Positions 54,501 to 62,507 of a stretch of 64,000 bases of DNA are shown here, in pieces. The stretch is from a virus. Position 1 is the first letter of the stretch, and the number at the start of each line of letters is the position of its first letter. The position numbers and the translations under genes are program-made. The stretch spans positions 124,972-188,971 of the IMG/VR virus record IMGVR_UViG_3300048074_000120. One strand, 5' to 3'. The notes under the pieces are model-generated. The model saw nothing but the letters and a program-made list of their open reading frames with translations. It did not search any database and was not told the DNA's origin.

Positions 54501-54739
54501 CGTGATGCTGTGCCCGCTTGTGACCCTGACAGAAGTGGACTCTCTTCCTCGTAGGGGTCAAGGAAAAATACATGGACTAGTGTGCGCGGCTTTAGCCGTG
54601 TTCCTTCCGGCACCGGTGGCACTTGAATAGCTGCCATGATTGGGGCATTCGGCAGGCATTGAAGCTGTACCCCCACGACAGGGACCTCAACCCCTTCGAG
54701 AAACAATCGAAGCTTCAGACGTAGTGCGTGTGCGGTCAT
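51578..54739 (-). CDS. large probable baseplate hub/tail protein (1053 aa)
   Basis: N-terminal LFLEGVEVPV..VQLQC..N...A.IQVP typical of phage late-control-D/hub-like beta-barrel proteins; in a virion gene cluster. Confidence 0.6.
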   Translation of the reverse strand: MTAHALRLKLRLFLEGVEVPVVGVQLQCLPNAPIMAAIQVPPVPEGTRLKPRTLVHVFFLDPYEEESPLLSGSQAGTASRSMDPSSYQKVMNQAENDVNGTAGLAVNDLTRYKLFFGGEFLGFEWSKDQAQRALILQCADWSNYWDYAYQWTNTDLFGPGIKAMFSGGSTNLFTDFLSSSAEVITTILRTPSITFPKLKGLAGGIVHLLEAIGGSHYYDKKIAGQNIFFTLAELRLHINQMIMAIEDDPTASRLLAIQGYTSLMSRLLGGMGGQTSIRQSITALQGIIFHETYAQPCPKYIPGVDGTVSGQVRKRLDQDPGTVFIARNATAVSTELTSIVQQLHVADNRPDVSLFSTSGTVQASLRSQIILRLRRQQQFLNSTTMQLRRVTPAVPSASSMLNTAVQKIGIAATKAARWNANNPKSITDVENPLKDAISNLNRVANLTVVTNSSKNRKPARLAQQILRPDVWFSAPPRCNVLFPEHYSRLSYRRSFMEEPTRLLLKTNDEFFGEDELFDRFYFAPKTSSVKKSKVNLQALLTNDLLDHELFTGILPVFEKMGELNIFAARGGVVNDRVPQVGLAQRSANFLYFKYRFAARQMTVSGRFNPYIAVGFPGLVLDKYVDAATLQLYNELLQKAGKPTRDINKLLGTAFLGNFTQVTFNVNQSSGSMDVVMSYPRQPDEGVEYLGATDVEETTISRRFNEDVVRVTDVASIGQPSVESLGPNLGRITNVEEVSSLYHGSPTTRTVQDAVSSKPLLLFSSQTGRKPRSPASRKRAKVPVGVEVDARDLDKDVLRELGMLPAAGGNTSSNQEASFYTQPRPVTIRAYRLQEEVPRFYQEVVDLPAEEYIRPGWYGDIWHPAKIGQAYETFFSTGAITDPHTINDPSGAQVPAPNNDAQDALDSSSETDDPNDPRSTAPVAYQLSAGASIEQAAAFLQATYSHIKQSGLDVEQFIRAYTWRPIATMIDMFGTTDLQLSPDGQYIVQGIEGFHSRAFGPYNDLFGLVTAELEEVVGLKRGTTAAQKGDTRKVKQDAVKDYLAGLGIGRAILG

Positions 54740-54740
54740 G

Positions 54741-56687
54741 TCAAATGAGGCTCAACAGGTCAAAGCCTGTGGCTCCAGACTGAGTAAGGCACGGGACGTT
54801 GTATGGGTTAGTTGGCGCAAAGCCAAGCCGACGCCCTGTGGCTGTGAGTGCATTGCCGTTAGGAATAAGGGAGCCCGGGGCCGCGAAGATGGCAAAGGCG
54901 CTAATCGATCCGCCTACTGCAACAGAGGCTCCCCCGCCCACTCCGGCGTAACTATCTCCGGCACCAACGCCGCCGAACCCTGTACCAAAGCCGGGTTTAG
55001 GCGTGAGTAGTCGCTCCAGATCACTGCTTTGATTCTCAACGCCGGCCAGTGTGAGATTGGAAGGAGCCATATAGCCTGGGTCTCCCATGGGCCCAAAGCT
55101 TGCCCCGAATCCAAGTCCTCCGTAATCGCCATAGCCGGCTTTTCCGTACCCGGGTCCTCCATAAGGACTATCGTAGCCGTAAAGGGGATCACCAAACCCT
55201 GTATCGACACCAGCCACGGCCACGGCTGAGGCCCCTGTACTAAAGAGGACATCGCCTTGGGCTGCGGCAAGAGCTCCAGCTGAGTAGGCGGAAGCGGAGA
55301 CTCCTGCGGCGACAAAGCCATTTGCGGAGGATCGAGCGCCGGCTCCGGCGGAGCCAAAGGCGCCCACGCCGGCAAAAGCACCAGCGCTAAATCCGGCTCC
55401 GGCTCCTGCGCTCGCACCAAAACCAAATCCAGCGCCAGCGCTGCCACCAAAGCCCACTCCAGCACGCGACGTTGCACCGAACGTCGCCCCTGCGCCAATA
55501 CCAGCGCCAATGCCAGCACCAAATCCAATACCAACCCCAATTCCAGCGCCAAAGGTAACTCCCATCCCCAGGCCATTGAGCGCCTGGTAGCTATTGATGT
55601 TAGCGCCAAAGCATGCCATCCAGCTGATCGCTTCCTGGAACAAGTCGTCTACCTCTAGCGCGTCACGCACCAGAGGGTCAATCGAGTCTGGAGTTTCCCC
55701 GTGATAAGGGTCGATTGTAATGACGCCCGAGCCCGTGTACTCATCGGTGTTGTCCGCAATCAATCCTCGCAGCGGCTTTTGATTGAACTGCTCGAACATC
55801 AAGTCTGTGTAGCCCTGCTCTTGCAAGCTATCGATGTAGGCTTGTACCGATGCCGGAAACGCCACCGAGTGCGCCCCTTGGTTCAAGGTTTGGACTAGCC
55901 TGCCCACATTGCCAAAGCCATTCTCGTCCGAATTGCGTTCGACCTCGTCGGGCCACGACGAGGTATCGTCGAGGGGTCGTCCACCATCGGAGAGTACTGT
56001 CAGTAGCTTGCCAAAGGCGTCAGCAGCTGTGAGGGAAACATCGGGGGGAAGTACAACAGACTCAGCCACAGGAAAGTTCGGGTCACCCACGAACGAGACG
56101 TTTCGGTAACTCGAGACGAACATCCGCCAGCTGAGCTGTACCAGGAAGGGTTCTGTGCTCACTGTGACTGCTTGCGCGAGAAGCATGTAGCCTTCGACAA
56201 CGTTGTCATCGTAAAACATGTAAGTGCGAGCACCGTTCTCAACAGACTTCGAGCCCCGCAGCGTGTTGTCCCAGTTAGCCCACCACTCCGCCTGCCAGTT
56301 GAAGTCGTTGCTGTTGATGAGAACTGCCTGCACCTCAAGGAAGCGTGGGGACTCCCCGAAGAGGTAGAGGTACGTATCTCCGAAGGTCTCGATAATCTGG
56401 TGCTTCTCCATGCGGGCTTCCTGCACCGACTGCAGGATGAAATTCGAGTAGGAGGTAGAACGCCCCGTCGGTGAGCTCGAATCTAAGAAGGGGACTTCTG
56501 TCCCATCCGAACGAATCACCTTCAACGCGCCATAGGTGTCTTCCTTGATCTCTAAACCCCGCAAAGGGCGGCGCACATTCGAAAGCCCCGCTCTCCCGCT
56601 TCTAGACAATGCTGGGTCGTTTCTCCGCTTGAGTCGATTGTAGTTAGCCTCGAACGCATCCGTGCACAATTCGATGAACACGGCCAA
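54741..56687 (-). CDS. probable tail/baseplate protein with silk-like Gly-Ala-rich C-terminal region (648 aa)
   Basis: N-terminal FILQSVQE.RMEK.QIIETFG..Y.Y.FGE.PR tail-tube-fold-like segment; GFGAGIGAGIGAGA repeats. Confidence 0.65.
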   Translation of the reverse strand: MAVFIELCTDAFEANYNRLKRRNDPALSRSGRAGLSNVRRPLRGLEIKEDTYGALKVIRSDGTEVPFLDSSSPTGRSTSYSNFILQSVQEARMEKHQIIETFGDTYLYLFGESPRFLEVQAVLINSNDFNWQAEWWANWDNTLRGSKSVENGARTYMFYDDNVVEGYMLLAQAVTVSTEPFLVQLSWRMFVSSYRNVSFVGDPNFPVAESVVLPPDVSLTAADAFGKLLTVLSDGGRPLDDTSSWPDEVERNSDENGFGNVGRLVQTLNQGAHSVAFPASVQAYIDSLQEQGYTDLMFEQFNQKPLRGLIADNTDEYTGSGVITIDPYHGETPDSIDPLVRDALEVDDLFQEAISWMACFGANINSYQALNGLGMGVTFGAGIGVGIGFGAGIGAGIGAGATFGATSRAGVGFGGSAGAGFGFGASAGAGAGFSAGAFAGVGAFGSAGAGARSSANGFVAAGVSASAYSAGALAAAQGDVLFSTGASAVAVAGVDTGFGDPLYGYDSPYGGPGYGKAGYGDYGGLGFGASFGPMGDPGYMAPSNLTLAGVENQSSDLERLLTPKPGFGTGFGGVGAGDSYAGVGGGASVAVGGSISAFAIFAAPGSLIPNGNALTATGRRLGFAPTNPYNVPCLTQSGATGFDLLSLI

Positions 56688-56688
56688 A

Positions 56689-57252
56689 TTACACCCAGCT
56701 CTCTTTACGAACGATATTACCGATGGTGGTGCTGTCTACGTCGTATTTCACGGCCAAGTCCTTGTAGAAGTACTTTCCAGTTGCATACTCAACCCTTATC
56801 TTAGCAGCCAGGGCCCTAGTCAACTTGGCCTTGCAGTTTTTCTCCCCTCGCCATGGTCGGGCTTTCCTCGTCCAGTGTTCATCCCCGTGTTTCAGCCACT
56901 CGGGATGCTTTCTTGCCCAATGCGTATCCCCGCTTTGATGTACCTCCCGTCCACGAGCTTTCCTATCAGCTGCATTCTGCCTTTGTGTCCCTAGGTACAG
57001 GTGTGAAGGATTGACGCAACCTGGGTTATCGCAGTGGTGTAGAACGCAAACTCCTTTAGGCCATTTACCAAAATGTATTTTCCACGAAGCATGCGTTGCA
57101 TGCACTAGCTTCCCAGTGAAACCTATATACCCATAGCCGCCGGATTTAGACGCAGTCCACTCCCAACAGCATGTTTTCATGTGCGGCATCTGCCGTCCAC
57201 ATTTGTTGACCTTTTCCCAAAACCGTTCTTCTAGTGGCCTTGTTGCCGGCAT
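56689..57252 (-). CDS. HNH homing endonuclease (HNH_3-like) with C-terminal HTH
   Basis: RFWEKVNK..CWEWTA..GYG..VLHHCDNPGCVNPSHLYLGTQRQN. Confidence 0.92.
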   Translation of the reverse strand: MPATRPLEERFWEKVNKCGRQMPHMKTCCWEWTASKSGGYGYIGFTGKLVHATHASWKIHFGKWPKGVCVLHHCDNPGCVNPSHLYLGTQRQNAADRKARGREVHQSGDTHWARKHPEWLKHGDEHWTRKARPWRGEKNCKAKLTRALAAKIRVEYATGKYFYKDLAVKYDVDSTTIGNIVRKESWV

Positions 57253-57276
57253 GAAAAGGGTCTATAGTATCCTAAT

Positions 57277-57304
57277 GAAAATAGCAACTAAATTCAGGAA
57301 TAAG
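57277..57304 (+). promoter_or_regulatory. phage promoter motif GAAA-N15-AGGAATAAG
   Basis: Same spacing, Y|R predicted start at 57311. Confidence 0.55.
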
Positions 57305-57310
57305 ACACAT

Positions 57311-57472
57311 GAGAGACAACCACATTTGTGAACTACAGCACTATTACGTTCAACAAGCAGTCAGGAGTCGACGCGAGAAGACATTGATTGACGTATAGAC
57401 AGCCACCGAATCCCCGGTGGCGGCCGGGGCGGGAGCCCCGGCGCGTTGAATCGCCCCTTGTTTTTAGCTACC
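57311..57472 (+). ncRNA. candidate sRNA (promoter to hairpins + TTTTTAGCTACC)
   Basis: Predicted start falls inside the only ATG; two GC hairpins 57392-57441. Confidence 0.35.
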
Positions 57473-57473
57473 T

Positions 57474-57501
57474 GAAAATTCCCCGACAGATCAGGGATAA
57501 G
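57474..57501 (+). promoter_or_regulatory. phage promoter motif GAAA-N15-AGGGATAAG
   Basis: Same spacing, Y|R predicted start at 57508. Confidence 0.65.
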
Positions 57502-57561
57502 ACCACTGTACAGCGAACTCACTTGTAGATTGACGGATCTCGTGAAGTTATACGGCGCACA

Positions 57562-57600
57562 GCATGCCCCGACGGGGGCATGCCGCTGACTTTAGCTACC
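57562..57600 (+). terminator. hairpin + TTTAGCTACC element
   Basis: GCATGCCCC-gacg-GGGGCATGC then cgctgacTTTAGCTACC. Confidence 0.45.
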
Positions 57601-57618
57601 AACCACAGGAGAAAGTAC

Positions 57619-58014
57619 ATGAGCAATACCAGCGTAAAAGAGCCTGCAGTGCACTGGGGATTCAGCGCAGAGATAGAAAAGATAGACATACAACGCATCC
57701 TCAATGAGGCTGAGGACGCAGGTCTTACCCTGTTCTCAGTGAGTTACACGTCGAGAATAGGCCCTGAGAAGATCTTCTTCGTGAAAATTGGAACCAACGA
57801 CCATGCTGCCGTCAAGGATGTAATCGACCATTTAGATTCAGCCGGGGAAGGCACTAGGCTTACAGATGACGGAGCAGAGCCCGGAGGCAGCGGTCAATGG
57901 GCAGTATTCGCCTGTGAGGATGATGCTGTAGAAAAAGAAATGCTTGAACATGTAACCGTTGCCCGTAAATGGTACGGGAGGAAAAAGCATCGTGTTGCGG
58001 TTGTAGGGTACTAA
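57619..58014 (+). CDS. acidic hypothetical protein (131 aa)
   Basis: AGGAG SD and ATG 57619. Confidence 0.8.
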   Translation: MSNTSVKEPAVHWGFSAEIEKIDIQRILNEAEDAGLTLFSVSYTSRIGPEKIFFVKIGTNDHAAVKDVIDHLDSAGEGTRLTDDGAEPGGSGQWAVFACEDDAVEKEMLEHVTVARKWYGRKKHRVAVVGY

Positions 58015-58032
58015 CCTGCAACGGAAAGCTTG

Positions 58033-58068
58033 GTTGACATTACCGTCAACTGCGCTTTCTTTAGCCCC
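58033..58068 (+). terminator. hairpin + TTTCTTTAGCCCC element
   Basis: GTTGAC-attacc-GTCAAC then TTTCTTTAGCCCC directly after the convergent TGA. Confidence 0.55.
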
Positions 58069-58338
58069 TCAAATGACAACGTCTTGCTTGATGATGAAGT
58101 CCCTGAGCTGCCGAGCTGGAGGAGTACCTGCATAAGCTTCTCCTTGCGCAATGGCAAAGGCGGCAGCCTTCATCATCACAATCAGCATGTCCTCTACCAC
58201 GATCTTGTCACGCAGGATGAAACGGTAAATGCGACCGCCCTTGCGAAGTGACACGGGAATCTCCGTACGATCACACTGGCCACAGCCCGGTGGTACATGA
58301 AGCGTTGCTCCGTCTTGGTACAAAAGCGAACGAGCCAT
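58069..58338 (-). CDS. hypothetical protein coupled to the tape-measure-like gene (89 aa)
   Basis: TAATG coupling at 58338. Confidence 0.75.
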   Translation of the reverse strand: MARSLLYQDGATLHVPPGCGQCDRTEIPVSLRKGGRIYRFILRDKIVVEDMLIVMMKAAAFAIAQGEAYAGTPPARQLRDFIIKQDVVI

Positions 58339-61300
58339 TACTTCTCACCATCTTTCTTTGCCGCTTCACGCGTGTTGCTCTGGATGTTAGCCAGCTCTCT
58401 TGCCGCATCCTTATTGGCTTGCACCATGGCCTTCAAGTAGTTGTTGCCCTCACCAAGCTTATCGATGATCTTCTCCTCAGGAGAGCCACGGCCCTTGGCT
58501 AGTTCTTCGAGCTTCTTTCTTGCCTCTGGATCGTTTTGTAACGTTTGACTTAGGAGGATACTGCCTGCAGCGCCGCCGCCCTTCTTCGTGGCAGCCGCCA
58601 TGGAAGCTGTGAGGCCTTCCACGAGTTTTGTATCGTCACCGAGGCCGAGCTTTGCCGCTAGCATCTTGGCAGCACTGCCTGCGTCGGCCCCTTTCAATCG
58701 AGCCGCCTCTTCTGGCGTCAAGTCCATGCCAAGGGCACCGGCAAAGGCTCCACCAATGCCACGCTTACCCTTGCTGGCATCTATGCCCATCCCACGCATG
58801 ACGGCTTCTGAGGCGATGCCGCCACGAGCTGTGCCTGCCAAGGAGCCCGCCACTGCCTTCATCTCCTTAGTGCTTAGACCAGACAAGCTGCGCATGAAAT
58901 CGCTGTTGGCCGATTCCATGGCGGCAAGGCCTTCTCCCTCTGGACCAAGGTGTGCTTCTGCCGACTGGGCTGCCATGGCGAGCCGAGCAGCTTGTACTGC
59001 CCCTTTGCCGCCCTTAGCGAGAAGACCCTTTTCAGTAGCGGCGGTAAGGGAGAACACACCGTCTTTATACGTGGCGATGCCACCGGCTTGAATGAAGTTT
59101 GCTTCGTCACGTGAGGTGCGTGTAATCTGCTCGGCGATCTTTGTCTTGATCTCCTGCTGCGCGCGCGCTGCGCCACCGCGCACGGTATTGAACTGACCTT
59201 GCAGCGCGTCTACGGACATCTTGGCCTTACCGGCTAGGTTCGACCAATCCTCCGCGGTCAGCTTATCTACGCCACCACGCTTGAGGGCAACGGCCATGAC
59301 CTCGCCAGCGTTTTGTACCGCTCGCAGCGAGCCAGCCTCACCAATAGCAGCGTCGCTCTTGTCACCTTGTAGTTCAATGAGTCGTCGGTTTATCTGCTCG
59401 GAGGCCTTGGTGTCTCCTGTGAGTACACCCAGCGCCAGGCTGCGCGTCTCCGCTTTGTCAAAGAGCGCGCCTGCGGCTTGAGCCTGCGCGTCCTTGGCAC
59501 GATTGAAGAAGCGATCGGCAATGATGCTGAAGATACTGGTGCCGCCGGGTGCCATTCCAGAGGCCATGCCGCCGCCACCCATAGCGATGGCGCGAGTCTG
59601 ATCCGCAGTTTGCTTGAGCCTATCGTCTGAGGTTGAAGTTGCCAGCAGCCCATGGCCCAGGCGCTCTCTTGCTCGAGCGTTGGTTCTGTCGTCTCCCCCA
59701 CCGACTAACTCAGGCAGCTGCGGGATGTTGAAGGACTCACTGAGCCGGCGCTCGGCTGGGATCTTCAGCTGGCTTTCCATCTCCTGAATCCGCATTAGGA
59801 CTTCTTTGCGATCCTTGCCGTGAAGGAACGCTTGCATCTCCGTGTCACCTTTGAAGGCTTCGCGCAGCTGGTACAAACGGTCCTCGCCCTGGGCCGAGGC
59901 TGTGCCTCGAGCGTAGACATCGAGCAGCTTTGACTGCCGAGAGTCAATCATGCCGCGGTCCCCAGCACTCAAGCTCTGTGCGCTCGCCATGCGAGTGGCA
60001 AACTGGTAGTCCTGCATTTTGTTGATGTAGGCACGTTGACCAATGTCTTCGTGCGGCCCACCCCCGGCAAGAGCTGGCCCTAAGTTGCCCCCGGTCAGCG
60101 CTTTGACCGCAGAGCGGCCAGCTCCACCGCCAAGCAGCAGTGACTTCTTGAGGTCCTGCACTTCGATCTGCCGCTCTTCGTACACGCCAGCAATCTTGTT
60201 CCCCCACTCCGCAATCATGTCGGTGGTGGAGTTGAGAATGTCCTGCCCGACCTTTTGCATGCTGTTGTTGACTTGGTCGCGTGCCGCCTCGAGCTTGCGT
60301 TTGATGCCCTCAATGCCAGAGCCCTGCGCCCGCAGGCCATGCTCACGGGAGAACACATCCTCTTGGGCCATCTCCCGACGGTGCTCGAGCAACTCAGGCA
60401 TGCGGCGAGCCATCTTGACCAGGGCATCCGCCTCATCGCGTCCCATGCCCATTTGGCGCTGCATGAAGAGCATCTCTCGATCACCCATCGAGTTGATGTC
60501 GATGCCTTTGCCCTGAGCCCAACCCATCATGGCCATCGCTGGAGCAAGACCGCCAAATTCCTCCATCACTGCGCCACGAAGTCGGCCCTCGTTTCGGATA
60601 AAGTTCGCCCGTCCCACCCCACGCAAGTTTCTATATGCCGCTCCGCGAGTATCCCCCACGGACATGCCGCCTGACATGAAATCAGCTACCGAGCCTGCAT
60701 CGAGCTGACCATTCTTACCGGCCATGGACGCTAACAGCCAGCGACCGCGGGACGACTTCAGGAAAGAACCCGTCTGCAGCAGGTTCTGCTGCGCCATCGC
60801 CTGGCGTCCCTCGGCGCCGGTGAGCCCTGTGGACTGGTAGATGTCCTCTTCAGAAAGGATTCCTGTCTGCAGCGCCGAGCCCACCTGCTCGATGGAGCGG
60901 ATGCCACCCATCGCTCCTTGGCGCCCGGTGCCGCCAAACATGCGGCTGATTTGGGAGCCGATGTTCATCATTCCTGTAACCTCGGTGGTAGCTAGGCCAC
61001 CGGCTACCGTCGCTCCACGGATCGCGCTGCCCACGCCCGCCTGCCGGCTAAAGACGCCTGACCCCTTCATGGAGGCCATCATCTTTTGGGCTTCTTCGAG
61101 CGTAGTGCCCATGTCCTCGGCGATGGTTTTCACCGAGCGCATCATCTCTTTGAACTTGTCGGTAAACTCCTTGGCGTTACGCACGCCATCGGCAAGCCCC
61201 ATCCGTCCCATGTTGGCTGCCAGGCGCCCGAGCTCGGCAAAGCTTGGACCTAGTTGGAACTGGTCTCCAGTACCACCGAATTGCGCCCCCTGATGACCCG

Positions 61301-61799
61301 CCATACCGCGAAGAGATCCGCCGATGTCCCGGATATCGCTCTCGGCAAAGCCTCTCCCATGATTGCCGTACGGATTGAAGAACCCATAGTTCGAGCGCAT
61401 CCCTTGATTGAACTGCTGAGTTTGCTGAGCACCTTGCATCACCTGGTTGCCCATGTACCCCACGGCGCCCATGCCGATCATGCCCATGCCGGCAACACCG
61501 GCACCCACGGCTAGCCCCGCGCCAAGACCGCCTGCGCTGCCCGCGGACATGCCGTACTTGATGCCCATCGAGATCGGGTCCACGCCAAGGAGTCCCATCC
61601 CGAGCGTCGCCATCGGTACGCCAACCCCGGTGGCCGTGTTCAATGCACGACTGGCAAGCCCTTCGCTTTGAGCGCCTGTGTTGTAGCCGCCGAGGTTGAA
61701 CCCTGGCGGTTGGATGCTCTGTGCGAATTGTTGGTTCTGTAGGTATTGCTGCTGAAAGGCACCGTTCAGCTGCGCGATCTGTGAGCTCGAAAAGGGCAT
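58338..61799 (-). CDS. tape-measure-like protein (1153 aa)
   Basis: Very long Ala/Gly/Met-rich helical ORF in a virion cluster; no catalytic motif recognised. Confidence 0.6.
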   Translation of the reverse strand: MPFSSSQIAQLNGAFQQQYLQNQQFAQSIQPPGFNLGGYNTGAQSEGLASRALNTATGVGVPMATLGMGLLGVDPISMGIKYGMSAGSAGGLGAGLAVGAGVAGMGMIGMGAVGYMGNQVMQGAQQTQQFNQGMRSNYGFFNPYGNHGRGFAESDIRDIGGSLRGMAGHQGAQFGGTGDQFQLGPSFAELGRLAANMGRMGLADGVRNAKEFTDKFKEMMRSVKTIAEDMGTTLEEAQKMMASMKGSGVFSRQAGVGSAIRGATVAGGLATTEVTGMMNIGSQISRMFGGTGRQGAMGGIRSIEQVGSALQTGILSEEDIYQSTGLTGAEGRQAMAQQNLLQTGSFLKSSRGRWLLASMAGKNGQLDAGSVADFMSGGMSVGDTRGAAYRNLRGVGRANFIRNEGRLRGAVMEEFGGLAPAMAMMGWAQGKGIDINSMGDREMLFMQRQMGMGRDEADALVKMARRMPELLEHRREMAQEDVFSREHGLRAQGSGIEGIKRKLEAARDQVNNSMQKVGQDILNSTTDMIAEWGNKIAGVYEERQIEVQDLKKSLLLGGGAGRSAVKALTGGNLGPALAGGGPHEDIGQRAYINKMQDYQFATRMASAQSLSAGDRGMIDSRQSKLLDVYARGTASAQGEDRLYQLREAFKGDTEMQAFLHGKDRKEVLMRIQEMESQLKIPAERRLSESFNIPQLPELVGGGDDRTNARARERLGHGLLATSTSDDRLKQTADQTRAIAMGGGGMASGMAPGGTSIFSIIADRFFNRAKDAQAQAAGALFDKAETRSLALGVLTGDTKASEQINRRLIELQGDKSDAAIGEAGSLRAVQNAGEVMAVALKRGGVDKLTAEDWSNLAGKAKMSVDALQGQFNTVRGGAARAQQEIKTKIAEQITRTSRDEANFIQAGGIATYKDGVFSLTAATEKGLLAKGGKGAVQAARLAMAAQSAEAHLGPEGEGLAAMESANSDFMRSLSGLSTKEMKAVAGSLAGTARGGIASEAVMRGMGIDASKGKRGIGGAFAGALGMDLTPEEAARLKGADAGSAAKMLAAKLGLGDDTKLVEGLTASMAAATKKGGGAAGSILLSQTLQNDPEARKKLEELAKGRGSPEEKIIDKLGEGNNYLKAMVQANKDAARELANIQSNTREAAKKDGEK

Positions 61800-61969
61800 T
61801 ACCTTTTCATAGTATCACGCAAAAATGTGGGCAGACCGGGGATAAGAAAGTCGAAGGTACTGAACAGCTCTCCTCTCACATGGAGTGCATCTCCTTCTTC
61901 TTGGTTGGTACCTCCAGCTCGTCCTTTGGCAAGGCGAGTGTCCGTCCCCACGGGCCCCATCGATGACAT
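61799..61969 (-). CDS. possible 56-aa leader ORF coupled to the tape-measure-like gene (not in ORF track)
   Basis: CAGGAG SD + ATG 61969; TAATG overlap with the TMP start. Confidence 0.35.
   Translation of the reverse strand: MSSMGPVGTDTRLAKGRAGGTNQEEGDALHVRGELFSTFDFLIPGLPTFLRDTMKR
61819..61846 (+). promoter_or_regulatory. phage promoter motif GCAA-N15-GGGGATAAG
   Basis: Consensus copy, predicted start 61853; no SD-led ORF follows. Confidence 0.75.
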
Positions 61970-62035
61970 CCTAACTCCTGCTGAGTGTCATCGGTGGGGC
62001 GCCACTAATACCAAGGGCACCTATGGCTTAGCCCC
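61853..62035 (+). ncRNA. candidate sRNA or antisense RNA with anti-SD motifs
   Basis: Promoter, CU-rich tracts, 15-bp hairpin 61954-62000, ends at CTTAGCCCC. Confidence 0.4.
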
Positions 62036-62062
62036 TAAAAACCAGGGCAAACCAGGGATAAG
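62035..62062 (+). promoter_or_regulatory. phage promoter motif CTAA-N15-AGGGATAAG
   Basis: Abuts TTAGCCCC; AAGGAGG and ATG 62083 follow. Confidence 0.75.
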
Positions 62063-62082
62063 AACTGTGAAGGAGGAAGACG

Positions 62083-62196
62083 ATGCTGGTCATAATGGGC
62101 CTGGTGGGTATCGAACTGCTCATCAAAGTGCCCCTAAAAATTCACAACAAGTTCATGAGGGATCTCGCAAAGGCTAAGGCCGCAGGACGTTTATGA
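62083..62196 (+). CDS. small membrane peptide (37 aa, not in ORF track)
   Basis: AAGGAGG SD; MLVIMGLVGIELLIKVPLKIHNKFMRDLAKAKAAGRL; ATGA overlap with the next ORF. Confidence 0.65.
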   Translation: MLVIMGLVGIELLIKVPLKIHNKFMRDLAKAKAAGRL

Positions 62197-62501
62197 TGAA
62201 TCCAATGAACTTATCCGAGGCAGAACGTAGAGAAAAACAGCAGGAGGCAGGCCTGGAATTCCTGCCGAGATTGGAGCTAGTCGTGAGTGAATCAGTGAAT
62301 AACAAGACAGATAACGGCAACCGACGCGCGCAGGAAACCGAGCGCAACCAAGCCCGACAGGTCCTTCACAGGCTTTCCCGAGATGAAAGCTTTTGGGGGA
62401 TTGCGCTCCATGAACTGAAAAGAGCCGCGGTTACGGTCCCCATTTTCGCCACAGCTGCCTTGGGGGTTCTGTGGGTGAATAAGCGCTTCATACTCAAATG
62501 A
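62193..62501 (+). CDS. hypothetical protein with C-terminal TM helix (102 aa)
   Basis: AVTVPIFATAALGVLWV. Confidence 0.7.
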   Translation: MMNPMNLSEAERREKQQEAGLEFLPRLELVVSESVNNKTDNGNRRAQETERNQARQVLHRLSRDESFWGIALHELKRAAVTVPIFATAALGVLWVNKRFILK

Positions 62502-62507
62502 AGTAGC

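Noticed and set aside
57309-57398. 29-aa ORF MRDNHICELQ...
   Set aside because: No SD, and the predicted transcription start falls within its ATG; treated as probable non-coding RNA instead.
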